A DNA stretch of 63,839 bases, counting the filler, from Choristocarpus tenellus KU-1152 (lineage: Eukaryota > Protista > Phaeophyceae), in assembly GCA_964200185.2 (NCBI GenBank). It is 13 parts of 13 records of this genome, joined end to end, with 100 filler letters (N's around TTAATTAATTAA, not from the genome) between each part and the next. Parts side by side here need not be neighbours in the genome. Positions count along the whole stretch, not along the records: positions 1 to 3,920 come from CAXNAD020017139.1; positions 4,021 to 7,146 come from CAXNAD020022135.1; positions 7,247 to 12,625 come from CAXNAD020010980.1; positions 12,726 to 18,856 come from CAXNAD020008871.1; 9 more parts are not named here. One strand, 5' to 3'. Within the stretch, counting starts at the first letter, position 1. Each line of letters opens with the position of its first letter. Position numbers and translations under genes: made by a program. Below, piece by piece: positions 1 to 13,232 of the stretch. The notes under the pieces are model-generated. The model was not told the DNA's origin. It made no database searches and was given only the letters and a program-made list of their open reading frames with translations.

Positions 1-153
1 GGGGTCTACATCAGGGTGTCCATTTGGACCAAAATCAGGAAAAGTGCTTTTTCATTTTCCATTGGACGTATGCAACCAAATCACCCAAAAATCGCGACAT
101 GAAAAAATTGACCCAAACGGACAGCCGCCACCCCCCCTCAGATAATTTAAGCC
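1..153 (+). mobile_element. MITE family B copy (left end cut by window)
   Basis: Reverse-complement match to 11800-11977 and 57464-57666; ends CCCCCCCTCAGATAATTTAAGCC. Confidence 0.75.
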
Positions 154-3100
154 TAACCCTAACCCTAGACCTCGAGATGGTTCTGCACTAAGTTTATACC
201 TGACACACACAATTGGATGCAATGTGTATATTCAGAGTTAAAGCATCCACAAAACCCTTCTTCATGAGGTTGATAACCTCTACACAGAGCAAGAATCCCT
301 TCCTTTGTACCAAAGAATCCCTTACATTGCCATACCAGAAACCTCTGACTATGCAAAGCATGTGTCACTGGTGCTACATTGCACTATGATCCCTTCACCA
401 CAACCAACCTGCCACTGTATAAGAGCACGATTCATTCAATCCCAGGTTTCAACAGAATGATACCAATGCTGCTTGAATCTTGCGTAGCTACTCTGGATCT
501 ACGCCCTCATATTGAAGTCGTCCATCCCGACCTTGAGAAATTCGTCCCTCAAGTACATTGGACTCATCCACACACCTGAGAGATCTGGTCTAAACCAGGT
601 GCACCTTGCACCAGTTCCACTAGCCCTCTCCTTATTCTGAGAAGCTCTGCGGCTAAATCTTCGGTTTTTTGCTCTTCCTTATCGGTGGTGCTTGTCGCTA
701 TTGCTGTGCGATAGATGCAGCTATGCCGATCATCTCAGCGTTTTCACCATCAGCTGATATTATTATTCCTTGCAAACCAGCGATGGAGTGACTTGCCTAT
801 AGTGCCTAATTCACTTTGTAACGTGTTCAAATATACCGTTGTTCACTGACATGGCTTCGTCCTTTGACTGTTGAATATTAGGTGTGCCCCAGAAGCTGAA
901 GGCGTTCGGTCTTATTGTAGTATTTGTCAGGAACAGGTCCCCTTTTGGGGGATCTCCCATACACACATTTTTATGGATATTCAACACCAAACGCGCGCTA
1001 ACCACGTCATTGAGCCGTCCATATCAATCGCTCCACAAAATCAGACACACCCACAAGATCTAGATTTGACCAAACAGTCAGAAGGACTGTCAGAACGAAG
1101 ATCCATTCTGATTCTAAGTGATTCATTTTCCTGCTGTGACGTTTCTCAATCTGTGACATCTATTGTGTACTAAGGTTTCTGTTCTGCTCTGAATTATCTC
1201 AACTGATGTTGAGATGCTGGGCCAAGACCTATGAAAATCGGTCTCATCCTCTGTGGTGGAAGAGTTCAGTCTGGTGATTGTGATTGCCCCCTTGCGCAGA
1301 GAACCATCGAGCCTTGATTCTTTCACATATTAATCCATTTTAGCATTTGTTGCTAAAATGAAACTTACAACATAAATCTGATGGGACTACAGTACAGAAT
1401 CATAGATTCACCATTGTTACATACCTTCAGTGGATTGCTATGGCAAGATTGGTTAGCTACATACTTCAAACAGCCCTCACAATGTCACCTATGATATCCA
1501 TGTGTGTTGCCACACCTATTCGCACATCACATCTGTTAAAAATACTATGAGTATGATACTCGAAAGCTTTACTGTTATGAAACCAATATTCATTCCCAGA
1601 CGGATCCTATTGCTGCTCCCTGAATATTACCCTCTCCTGCATGACAGATTGAAAACCCCCTCAGATCAGGTAAATTTCATGAACTCCCCTCTCTCAATAA
1701 GTTATTTTTTTTCTGCTGCTTGGCGATCATGTGCACAAACTTTGCAGGAACAGAGATTCCCTAGACCAAGACTGAAATCCATGTACACTACAGTACCTAT
1801 ACACTTCAATATGATCTATATATTTCCGATATACATTGGTTTTGTACCCACAAACTGATAATGTGTCCCAGTATCCACCTGATTACTTCAGGGGTTGAAC
1901 CATATTGGACTCACATCAAGAGTCGAGTTGAGCTATGAATATCTTTAGCCGCGATCAATATTCTTCACGAGTTCTGGTGTATGCACAGTCGGCATTGTTC
2001 CAGTACAAGAGCTGTGTCAAAAGTCAAGACAAGTGGGGAGTTCTAGAAAGCTAGTCCATATGCATACTGTTCCCAACACGGACAGGTCTTTTCCTCTGCA
2101 TCTTCCAAGAGCTCAGCTCAAGCACATAGGATTAGATTGCACACACCTGCTTCGGAAACTCGACCCAGGGCCTATCTGCCCTACTCCTAGGCTTTTCCTA
2201 GCGCGACTTGGTGGAGACACAAACACACTGGCATGGCGAGCGATGGTTCTCTGAAGAGTGACACGTCTGCCATGGGAAAGGGAGGGATAGTTGTACTGCA
2301 AGTTTTGATTTCCTTTTTCAGCTCTTCAGAATAGGCCCATTAAGTATTTGAACCACTAGCCACGAGAGAATGTGAATTATGTAGGGTGGGTAATGTGTCC
2401 AGGAGGTGCTTTAGCTACTGATACAGTGTATGTCAAGTTGTGCGAAGGGGGAATGATAATTATTGTTGAAAGGGGCATCAACTGGAATACATGCTGCAGT
2501 TGAGACCGTAAGTGCCCACGCAAATTAAGAAGATATAAAGCTTCGAATAAAGGGTGAAGTAAGCACTTCTATAGTAAATGAGGACATGAACAGCTAGCTC
2601 CTCTCACTTTGGGGTATTATGATCGTTCAATTTACATGGTTAGAAACCTGTCAATTGAACCCCCACGCCTACCTCTCGAGACAAACTACAATGTGCTTGG
2701 CGACAGAGGTAGTATTCCACTTCGGATTGGTAAGAACATCATATTATCCCTTCCTTCGAGCTCAACACTTTGTCATTAAGCATGTCCCTACTCACACTAC
2801 GAGGGTGCAGAGGGCTGGTTGAATATTTTTTTGGCAGTAGGAGTAGGAGTAATTGTCTGGCTGATGCTTGGGAGACAGTTCCATGCTCTTGCCTTGAGTG
2901 GTCAAAACGTATTTGAAATTTTTCGACAGGGGGTAATGCATTCATGTTCTCCTCCTTCAACCTGACTCAACTGAAGTTAGCACATAGAAAGAGCGTGTTT
3001 TTTGTGAGAGTGTGGGATGAAGTCCGCATATTCTCACCTGTCTTCTATGTGAAGTGCCTCCCTGGCAAACAAGGTTGCCTTAAGTATCAATGCTGTGATG

Positions 3101-3920
3101 CTTACGAATGTCAACAAGCACCCCCACAAAAGGAGTAGATTCAACGAGGGGTTGATGTGCTCAAAGTGTAGGTGTCCCATGACCGTCATGTTTGCTGATG
3201 TTGCACCTGCAACTAGGAGGTCAAGCTAGTTGGTGAGAAATTATCTTCCGGAGAGAGGATCGTGTAAGGACGTGTCTCACCTGCAGGCTCCCCACCTTAA
3301 TCCTCTCTGTTGAACTATACATTCTGAGCGACCATGTCAATTGAGATGACCCTCATCTTATGAAACTGAATGTATTCACTCGACTCCCTCATAAGCGCAC
3401 TTCTTGTACTTCCTCGTGGAAGTCCCGATTCTACACACTCTTATCATTGATACATCCTCACCCAATTCTTGAGAGTAATCTTCTCTGGGGGACACTTTGC
3501 AAGAACCGGTTTCAGTGCTCTCATCACAGTTGTCTTGTCTCATCAGTACAGCAATTAGAGCAGAGTAGCTCCAGTAGGTTGGAGAGGCCTTGGAGAGGCA
3601 ACGCAGGAGTCTCGGCATTGAGTACACAGGAAGTAGATAACCTTCGGCAAATAGCAGTGGTGTGAGGAGAGCAAAGTGAGAGGCTGTACATCAACACATC
3701 AAAAGCGTAAGTTGGAGCGTTACATTTCAGAACGTAGTGGATCTTGGTGCATTGATTCAAACGAGTGATAAAAGCTCTGAGAAAAGATTACTACAAGAAA
3801 ACCCATTCCAGGGTATGTGTACTCCATTCAACAATGCAGGAAAATAGACATACTGCCCCCCCCTCCAGATGTTCAACCATGGGATCAAAGTATCTGGGAG
3901 GGAGGGGGTGTCGGCGTCCG

Positions 3921-4020
3921 NNNNNNNNNNNNNNNNNNNNNNNNNNNNNNNNNNNNNNNNNNNNTTAATTAATTAANNNNNNNNNNNNNNNNNNNNNNNN
4001 NNNNNNNNNNNNNNNNNNNN
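3921..4020. other. Artificial contig spacer (44 N + TTAATTAATTAA + 44 N), first of 12
   Basis: Identical 100-bp spacers start at 3921, 7147, 12626, 18857, 21530, 24748, 27682, 31556, 34902, 39669, 46424 and 51481; the 12-mer has stop codons in all six frames. Confidence 0.97.
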
Positions 4021-6565
4021 CACCCCCTCCCAGATACTTTGAGCCTCTTTCTCCAACAATGGAGCCCGTTTGTTGATCTTATTGCCTTTAGATGGTCTTA
4101 GAACCGCAAGTGATTTTTCTACATTTGGCAGTGATGTTCTCTGCTCTCTACCCTCTCTTCTATTTTCTGTCCTGCTAGCATCGCTATGTATCATCAGTGC
4201 CCTTGCTTGTCAAGACGCTAACTGAGAATAAATGGTCTTCCCCTGCCCCTCACCCACTGATCAATGTCGAACAGCAACTCTTTCAACAGCCTCAAGCACC
4301 GAGATATGGGTCTCAACACAACCTTAACTAAGTCCAACATACACAGTGAACTTGATCCTCAGTTCATCTGACCTAGGAGGGCAAAAAAAATCGAAGCAGG
4401 AAACGGGAGGTGTGGAATAGATCGAGGAAAGGGAAAGGAGCAGGGATTAGGACAGGAAGCGTGGATAGATCGCAAGAAGGAGACTTATCCATGTTGCCCT
4501 CGGCAAAAAAAGGGAGAGAAAAGACTGAGGGAAAAGGTGGGGGAGGGGGAGTTGAGAGTTGGAGAAGAGTGGGCACACGAGAAGGGTCCAAACTTTTAGA
4601 GAGGCACGCAGGATTTTTGAGTGGATCAGTCAGCCAATATAAGCAGTGGAAGGGGCTTGTCTTGTGATGATTGTATCCACCCCAAAATGGATATGCAGCT
4701 CATATGAACGAGTCATTTTGCATTGTTGCCCCTGATTCAATACGCCATCATCGTTTCGCAATTGCCTAGAGATCAAAACACTTAATTTTCCTAGATATAG
4801 TATCGATGTTAATGTGTGATATGAAAGTCATTGGTGAATAGACTGTGCTGGACAAAGGAGTCCTCCTATCTTAGAGGGCAATATATTTTAGAACTTTTTG
4901 AGCATTGAGGACATTAAAAACTTCTACCATATATACCATTTTCCATACCTAAATGCAGAATGCAGCCAACCCCCCTTTGAAGGTTGTGACTGTAGAAGAG
5001 GACACAAACCTTTGTCCCGAAAAAGCGCGAAACTGCCCTTGAGAGTACTACGAGCACATGTGCAAGAAGGCAGTTGCACAGGCCTCAACTACTGCCAGAC
5101 ACCCCCCCCTCTGAGATAGAGGATGGATCAAGGTTGTAGGATCTGATGTCCTTTTTGGTGACCATGATGAAGGTGATATACATGAAAGGATTACATGGGG
5201 TTTGATGCACTATGCAGTGACATACAACCGAGAGCAATATGAGGTTGTGTGGTCAAGTTATTGTCCATCAAGGAGCAAGCGGCTGGACTGTAAGTACCAC
5301 ATATACTTGAAAATGATATAATTTTTGTGCTCTGTATCATTGCTTCATTACTGTACAATATTGATTGGCAGTAAGCAGAGGTAGCGTCATCTTTGCTATG
5401 ATGTGTTACGTACATTGGCTTATCTAGTGCTAGACGAGCATAAACATATCAATCTGCATTAAAGAAATACTGCAATGTGGTGTGTGAATTGTGTCAAAGA
5501 TGAGAAATGTATGTGTGTGTACATGTTTTCATGCGAGGTGACAGAACATGCTAGGAAGCTTCCAAGACAACGATACATCATGGTACATGTCTTGTTTGCC
5601 TTTTGTCGTGAGCCTGACATTCACAACAAAGACTACTGTTATGACAATGTTTACCAAGAAATCGCATCTGTGCCAGATTGGATTGATGTACATATATATC
5701 ATGTCGGGAGTGTTTGACTAAGATAATAATGATGCACGGCAACAAAACACTCCTCTGCCCTTGCCCCCCCTACCTTCTGCACCCCCTAAAAAATAATACA
5801 ATTCTTTTCTAAGTCTGTCCAGGTTTTCTTCCCCTCTGCAAGTACTATCCCCTGCATTTTATGTGCATGGCCTGCAATCAGGCTTCAACTGACAAAAAAA
5901 TGTAACTGGATCCACCTTGCTTGGTTGCCTTGACCGCACTCATTCTAGTACTGCACATGTTTATGCTTTTATCTGAGTGTTGTTGGACGATAGACTACAA
6001 ATATTGAACCTCTTGCTATATGGCTCGGCGACTCTACTCCTATCTTGCTGCAGTAATCATAGTCATATTGAGCTATAATTTTCCCCACTGTCCTCTAACT
6101 TCCGTGGAACACGTGTATTGCATGTTTCGACTCCTTCCCCACATCCTACCCCATTATTAGTGCTAACCTTCCTTCGTTTATATTGTCCCTCTATGGAGTA
6201 CCGATAAAATCGATGATAGTACTACTGGTGTCCTTATTACATTGCACAATTATTGCAGTCTGATTAGTACGGACCCATGATCAGAAGATAGGGCAAGAAG
6301 AGAGAGATTATGAAAAAGAGAGAGTTGACATTGACGATAAATTTAAGAGGCAAACACCAACGCGGAGTACTTGAAGTAAAAATACCGTCACCTCTATCTG
6401 GTACGTATTTGTTGGACGAGATCAATAACGCCATGGACCTTCTCTGTTTCGCAAGAGAGTGACCTTTCCTCTCTTGTACAGAGACAACCTACCCAATCTG
6501 TCATACAAATACTTCATCGCATCACTCATCATATAGATATCAAGCAAACCACATATGCCAGAACT

Positions 6566-6825
6566 CTGGTAGAGTAAACGTGAGGTAACCAGGTTTTGAC
6601 CTTTTTGCAATTAAGGCTGTTGTTATTATCTTTTGGAAATTCACCAATATTTCTATGGATGTTTCTAAGTTGGACTCGAGAGCGTTGATTTATCTCCTGT
6701 TTGAAGCTTTTCCGACACAATTCATAAAATTTTCTACTCACATTTGAAAAAAAAAGGCGAAATTTGGACATATTTGTTCTCATCCTTAAAATACAACCAC
6801 GGGTATCTCTTGTTTACTTTTACTC
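6566..6825. mobile_element. MITE family C copy (diverged)
   Basis: AGAGTAAACGTGAGGTAACCAG...GGGTATCTCTTGTTTACTTTTACTC; similar to 39029 and 42087. Confidence 0.65.
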
Positions 6826-7725
6826 AGTGTCCATATGTGTACATCTAGTAGAAACAATGCAACCTGCGAGATGTTCTCCTGTCACACTGTCCTCAATCAT
6901 ATCGTAGATGACACTTGTATCTAGGGGATTTGAATAATATATGCATGCAACTCATCAAAACCTTCCTTGTATGCCTGGGGTGAAATTTTGGGCAATGACC
7001 TGTCTGTCGTCATGCTGCAATATTTCAATCGCAGTACTACTTAACAGAACTCCTTCAGGCCAAACGTAGTGGGGGGGGGGGGGGGGGTCCTCATGAGGAG
7101 AGGGGAAGGGCCCACGTTTGAACCCCCCCCCCCCCAAACTATTTTTNNNNNNNNNNNNNNNNNNNNNNNNNNNNNNNNNNNNNNNNNNNNTTAATTAATT
7201 AANNNNNNNNNNNNNNNNNNNNNNNNNNNNNNNNNNNNNNNNNNNNTGGGGGGGCATTGCGAAAACCCATCGTGAGGTTAACCTAAAATCTCAGCTAAAT
7301 ACGCCTTAGCCTCTACCTATTCCACTCTGCCTGCAAATTCCCAAGAGCAGCCTTCTCGACGAGGCATTTCCCCTACCCCACAGGCTGTTCAGACTGATGC
7401 TGAACAGGGGAAGAGTAGGTGGCGTAGGAGCACTACTCCTTGAGTACGGATCGATTCGAATCTCCAAGACAATGTGTTCGAACATATCAATACCAAACAA
7501 AAAAAGAAGAAGCAGAAGCAGAGTGGTCCTTTGAAAATGGACACCATCTTCCAGGTAATACCTTGATGTTCCTCTCCTCATCAGAACAACAAAAGTGTCT
7601 AGACTAGAGGAGCTCCTCAAGGTTTTTTCTCAAGGTACAGAAGGGGTATCAAAAAGAGGATGAATGAGTCAGACTAAAGCGAAAGTTACCCACCCCTGGA
7701 GGTGCGTTTGAAGGACGGTGACAAA

Positions 7726-7903
7726 GGGTCAAAGTATCTGGAGGGGGTATGGTTTGTGACTGGGCGTCCGTTTTGGTCAAACAACTCTTTTTGTTGCTGA
7801 CATTTCAAATCCGACACGTGCGACCAAATCACACCAAAGAAGTGAAAATCGAAAAAAGGGTGAAAAACGGACGCCGATACCCCCCTCCCAGATTCGTTGA
7901 CCC
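7726..7903 (+). mobile_element. MITE family B copy (about 180 bp, G-rich TIR)
   Basis: GGGTCAAAGTATCTGGAGGGGGT...ACCCCCCTCCCAGATTCGTTGACCC; flanks AAA/AAA. Confidence 0.8.
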
Positions 7904-8239
7904 AAATACGTGTAAAATGCTTTTCTTAAAAATAAAAATGATACATGTATTGCCTCCTTTCTGGATTCTGTCGAAAATTCTCAAACATTAGAGAAGTCAA
8001 TTCTCTCAAGTCAAGCTCAACATTTCATTCGAAGAAACGCATTCGTGATCTGTAAAAGATAGAAAAAACAAAATGGCTTTAAATGAAAAACGGTCAACAC
8101 CTGGGTCCTTAGATTGCGATAGGCAAGGAGAGATAGTTCTCTCCTCTTGTTCATGCACTTTCCTCTCACCAAATTGCTCAATTTGATGTACCCTGAGTTG
8201 TTGTCCATAATGCCCTTAAACAACAGGCTTCATGCTGTT

Positions 8240-8668
8240 CACAGGAGAGATTCCCTGTCTTTAGGAGCCCCCACTGTCCTTGGGGAACCTCCACTTTCTT
8301 ACTTTTTTCACTTCTTCTCGTACATTTTGGAAAACCTTCTTCTATCTCTATCTCTATCTCTATCTCTAACCCTAGCTCTAGCCCTAGCCCTAAATTGTGT
8401 GTGATAAATATCCCTATCCAGCCAATTAAACATTCTAAAAGAAATTATAAACGAATATTGTGTACACTGAAGAACTACAACCTCTCAAGGATCCAACATG
8501 TGTCACTTTTTCACGCTCTATTTTGGTATTTTATCCCTATCCCTATCCCTAACCCTAACCCTAACCCTAACCCTTGCGTGAAAATAACCCTATGAAGTAA
8601 AAAAAGTGTGACAGTGGGAGTTCCCCCTTGATAGTGTGGGCTCCTGAAGACCGGGAATCTCCGCTGTG
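8240..8668. mobile_element. MITE-like element with CACAG...CTGTG termini and about 50-bp imperfect TIRs
   Basis: CACAGGAGAGATTCCCTGTCTTTAGGAGCCC... at 8240 is the reverse complement of ...GGGCTCCTGAAGACCGGGAATCTCCGCTGTG ending at 8668. Confidence 0.7.
8535..8574 (+). repeat. Interstitial telomere-type array (CCCTAT)n grading into (CCCTAA)4
   Basis: Directly visible. Similar short arrays at about 152, 21797, 26575, 31753, 41176, 44016, 54313 and 61768. Confidence 0.85.
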
Positions 8669-9753
8669 TGCTGCAGTCCACCCAGATAAACGCTGTTCAG
8701 TTTCATATCATTCTTGCCGCAACTCCCAGCACTTCCTACTTGAGGTACGCTCTGTGGTCAATTATCTTCTTGGTGGTATTCCTTATGGTCCTTTTCTCCT
8801 GCTAGGCTTGATCCCAACCCCCAAACAATTTACTCTCTCAATGTGCAGTTGTTGATGGATGGAGTTTGACCGTTCCAAAGCAGCCACAATGGGAATGGCA
8901 CCGCCCGCAATCCAACCAACTAATGCGTCAACCAAGTCGCAACATCGCTTCTGCAGCTCTGAAGGTGTGCTTCGTGATATGTGGAGGCACAAAGATATAG
9001 AAAGTGCATATAATATCAGTGATGTAGGGGGGATGATCCATCATTAGTCGGTGTATACAGGAAGTTGACGGTTACAAAATAGATTTGTGTAAAATAAACG
9101 GAGAGGCAACAAGGCACAAGAAAGTGTGTGAGATAGGGTTGAAGGAGTACGAAAGGAGGGCAGGCTGTAAAACATGCAACAGAGGCGCGTTCGTTGATAC
9201 CACCCTGTTCTTGTCGAGAGCCTTCAACAGAGTGTGGAATACACAACCCCGGTCTGCATGGCTTAGGTAAATATATGGAACCTACCAAGCGGCACGCTTG
9301 ACGATCCTCCTACCCTGCACACCTCTATTGCAACGCAGTCGGCGTGTCGCCTCAATGTGCATGGGAGTTTCAACCTCCGTAGCTTTTTGCCATTGATGTG
9401 AATGTCAATAATCCCTATACCTAAAGTGATGAAAAAATGAATGGAAAGTCGTGGCAGTGTGCCTGGGAACATTGGCGAAGTATGGGGGAGTAATATTCTT
9501 TTTTGTGATAACAAATGGGGGTGTCTTTCAAGTTAGGAGTTTCTCGCAATTGGAAAATCTATGTTTCATGCTCACCTTTTTCGTTTCTTAACTTTTTGGC
9601 TCCTTCGCCAATATCCCAGGGACAATGTTGTCGGTTCCTTTATCTTCTATTTATCATCACATTGGCACATGGAATTGTTGGCTTTCTCCACACTGCACAA
9701 AGTGATGCAAATTTTGGAGCAAGGATAATGATTTCGGAATTTCGGGCGATTTG

Positions 9754-9790
<37 letters not shown>

Positions 9791-11799
9791 GCTCCATGTT
9801 CTCTACTACATCCTGAGAAGTAGGACCCTAAAACGTTCGACCATGAAAAGCCTTTTTTGATTAAAACCAAAGCAGAAATGGACCACATTCTATATGGAAA
9901 TGAGTGCAACATCTCTAATATTGGAAAAACCACAAAGTCGGAAACCAACACATTACCAATTCAAGAGAGTATGGTGGAAGACTGGGATATTTAAGTTGAG
10001 TGATCATAAGTATTTCGACTTTTGAGGTAAAGGAATATATAGAAGAGGGGACAGGTCGAGGGCAATAAACAGGAAACGACAGTCCGGAAGTCCGACTGAT
10101 AATTAATGATTCTTCCTCCTGTACATGCATCTTAACCCTGGGCTCTGAACTTGCTCCTGGCGCACAACAACGGCAGCACTTCAGTATTGGTCCCGTCACA
10201 CTTCCTAATACACAGGCAGCTGGACGACTTCATTAGATATACTCATTCCTCTCTGACTTGCGCAGTGACCGCTCTCTGGGGCAGTTATTTATACGAACAA
10301 CGAGTCAGACATGGAACAATAATATCAATCAAGTTCAGTAGGGATCAATATCTCATTGACTTACTTGCACAAGTCAGGGAGGGAACATTAAAGGACATGT
10401 TCATTAGCAACAGATTGAGTGTAACATACTTGTTAAAGTATTCCATGCTGGACCCGCAGTTGAGTTGATGTGTGATGTGTGTTGGCAAAGGAAAATACTG
10501 GACTTGGCATTAATACATAGTGTTAGTGTTACAAAGGGCTTCAATTCTGTTGGCTAAGACATGAAACTGGTACAACTCAATACTATTCCTATAGTGCGTG
10601 GCTTGTACCTCCACCGTGCATTTGAACTAGAAAGATATCATACCACCCGAACTTGACCTCCCCTCCCCCTCGGGGTTGGTTATTATTCTAGTTCATCCTC
10701 CACACTAATTTTGAATCACTTATTACGTGTTTTTCTTCAGTATGATGACAAACTTATTTAGAGCAGAGCATTATTCACTGGACACAAAATCATTCAATAT
10801 ATCTGGTATATGATGATATAAACCAGGCGCACAAAAAGAATGATCTAACCATATCAAAAATACACCGTTACGTTCATCAATTAATGACTCTCCATCCTAT
10901 TTATCTACTCCACCAGTGGTAGTATATATGGCGTATCAACAGCATTATCCACAGATAGTACTTACAAATATCAATCAGGAACTCCTTGAACTAGGTTGAT
11001 GGACAGAATTGTTCCTGTCTATGGAATAAGAGGGATATATGGAACTAGGGTCGCCATCTCTGTTTTTCCACCTCCACTTTTCTTCTCACAACACCTTGAG
11101 ATAATTGCATAGTTTTAACATAGAGAGTCACAACTTTTCCATTCCATTGTATCTATTCGTCATACTCACCCTTTCTCTTACAAAGTGGATCAACACAATA
11201 TTTGCTTAGCAAACACAAATACATTGTCATAACAATTGAAAGAGGGGATTTGTTATGCTCGCGAATTTTGGATTATTAAACTAGTTACCCAATCTGACCC
11301 TTAACACCTACTCCACCTCTAATCAGCTGACGTCAAACCATTAATTCCTTATCAAACCTCCGTCACACCACTACCTTGTTAATACCCTAACTATGCACCT
11401 GAATTCGGCTTATATCCACCAGCACAAAAACGCAGGTAATTTCGACATATCCACTTCTACACCAAAGAAGTCAATGTCCGGTTGTCCACTTCAACACCAA
11501 TGCGACCAGTTTCCGCGAATCTACTCCAATAACGATCCTCCCAAAACGCCCCACCTCCATCCATAACAAATCCGTATTTCTCAACACTCCGCACCCATCC
11601 AAGAACACCCCACAACCTTCCAAAACACTCAACCTTCATCCACTCCCATGCCGTGCCTTTGAACTAGAAGACATATACCCCGTCAAAGCTTGACCTTCCA
11701 CTTGAATCGATATTATATATAGTTCATAGGCACTATTTCTTCCCCCGGTTGCCTCCAGTTGTTACTACTCTCTGTAAACCCATTTAATATCTACAATTT

Positions 11800-11977
11800 G
11801 CCTCAGAGTATCTGGGGGGGTGGTTGCTGTCCATTCGGGGACCATTTTTCCATTTCGTGATTTTTGGGTGAGTTTGGTTGCATGCGTCGGATGGATAATG
11901 TAAGTGCACTTCTCCTGGTCAGGGCCCGAATGGACACCCTGGCGTAGACTCCCCCCACCCCCCAGATAATTTCAGTC
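11800..11977 (-). mobile_element. MITE family B copy
   Basis: GCCTCAGAGTATCTGGGGGGG...CCCCCCAGATAATTTCAGTC; flanks TTT/TTT. Confidence 0.8.
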
Positions 11978-13232
11978 TTTATCCCTTTGGTGTTAGCCCT
12001 TGTGTACACCGTTAAAAGACTCTTTATCTCCGTCTCCTTTCCTTCCGTACGACTAGTTCAGGTTCCTCCATTATTGGCATCCTTATTGTTCCCCTCGATC
12101 TTGCCTCAAATATGTATGGCACTCCTCTGGTTAATGACTGATCTCTCCTGCTATTCTCCTCAATCCAGATGCTACCTAGCTCCTCGTGATCACCTACACC
12201 TTATACCATCCTGTCCATACTCACTGGCGTAGCTCTTCCAATCCAAGGCTGATTCACAACACATGTTTGATCTCTTCCCTACCTTCTAACACAGGAGAAA
12301 GAAACGGAAGTGTTGTGTGGGTAGTTAGAAAGGCAAGGAAGTGTTCATGAAAGTATTAGAATGGGAAATATCTTGCTCCTTACATTAATAACTTAGTTCC
12401 ATGAACATTTTTGCAAACTTTTTAACTTGTGAATTGGGCACGTGGTTGGACGAATCTTAGCAACAACACATGTCGAGGAATTTGCACAATTCTATTGAGT
12501 CAAACCAATTGAAGACTGGGCAGATTTGGACCCTTTTGCACTCCAAGTCATCTTTCTTGGCCCTGTGCAATGGGTCAAAGTATCTTGGGGGGGGGTGGTG
12601 GTTTGTGAGGGGGCGTCCGTTTCGGNNNNNNNNNNNNNNNNNNNNNNNNNNNNNNNNNNNNNNNNNNNNTTAATTAATTAANNNNNNNNNNNNNNNNNNN
12701 NNNNNNNNNNNNNNNNNNNNNNNNNATTTTCATGCCGTTCTTGAGGGTTTTCACCAGTTTTTTTTATTTTTTATTCAGGGGGTGGGGGGTAGGGTATTTA
12801 TCACCCCCCCCCCCAGAAGTTACAATTAGCAGATTTTATAAAATGAAGCATTTTTTTTTTCAGAGGAAGTTATCACCATGTATCAACGCCTTCCTTCCTT
12901 CCTCCCATCAAATACAGCACACGTGGAACACACAAATCGAGGCAGGTAGGATACCTTTTTGGTCCTCTGCTGCTGCAAAACAAAATCAAGATTACCTATG
13001 ACTCTCGCCAGCACACAAAGAAAAAGACACAAAATGAAATACATCCACTTGCGTTTTCACGTGCAGTTAGTAAAAACAAAAGCTTTTTTTCACAAACAAT
13101 TCCCACAATACCCTCCCACCGCAAAAGTACACCTGCAATGACAATGGTATTACCACCAAAGCACTGCTCCTCTACAGCAGGAAAATAAATAATACACAGA
13201 TAGAACACAAACATAAACACAAACGCACACAC

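Noticed and set aside
152-167. CCCTAA repeats near the window start as a chromosome end
   Set aside because: Only 2-3 units, internal, with MITE sequence distal to them.
170-3800. Protein-like fragments (VDESNVLEGR, TVHTPEL, NVLGDRG) hinting at a retroelement or transposase
   Set aside because: Isolated short matches in different frames and strands with no ordered catalytic motifs; cannot be classified.
3965-3976. Recurrent TTAATTAATTAA palindrome centred in N runs
   Set aside because: Artificial six-frame stop linker added during assembly, not biology.
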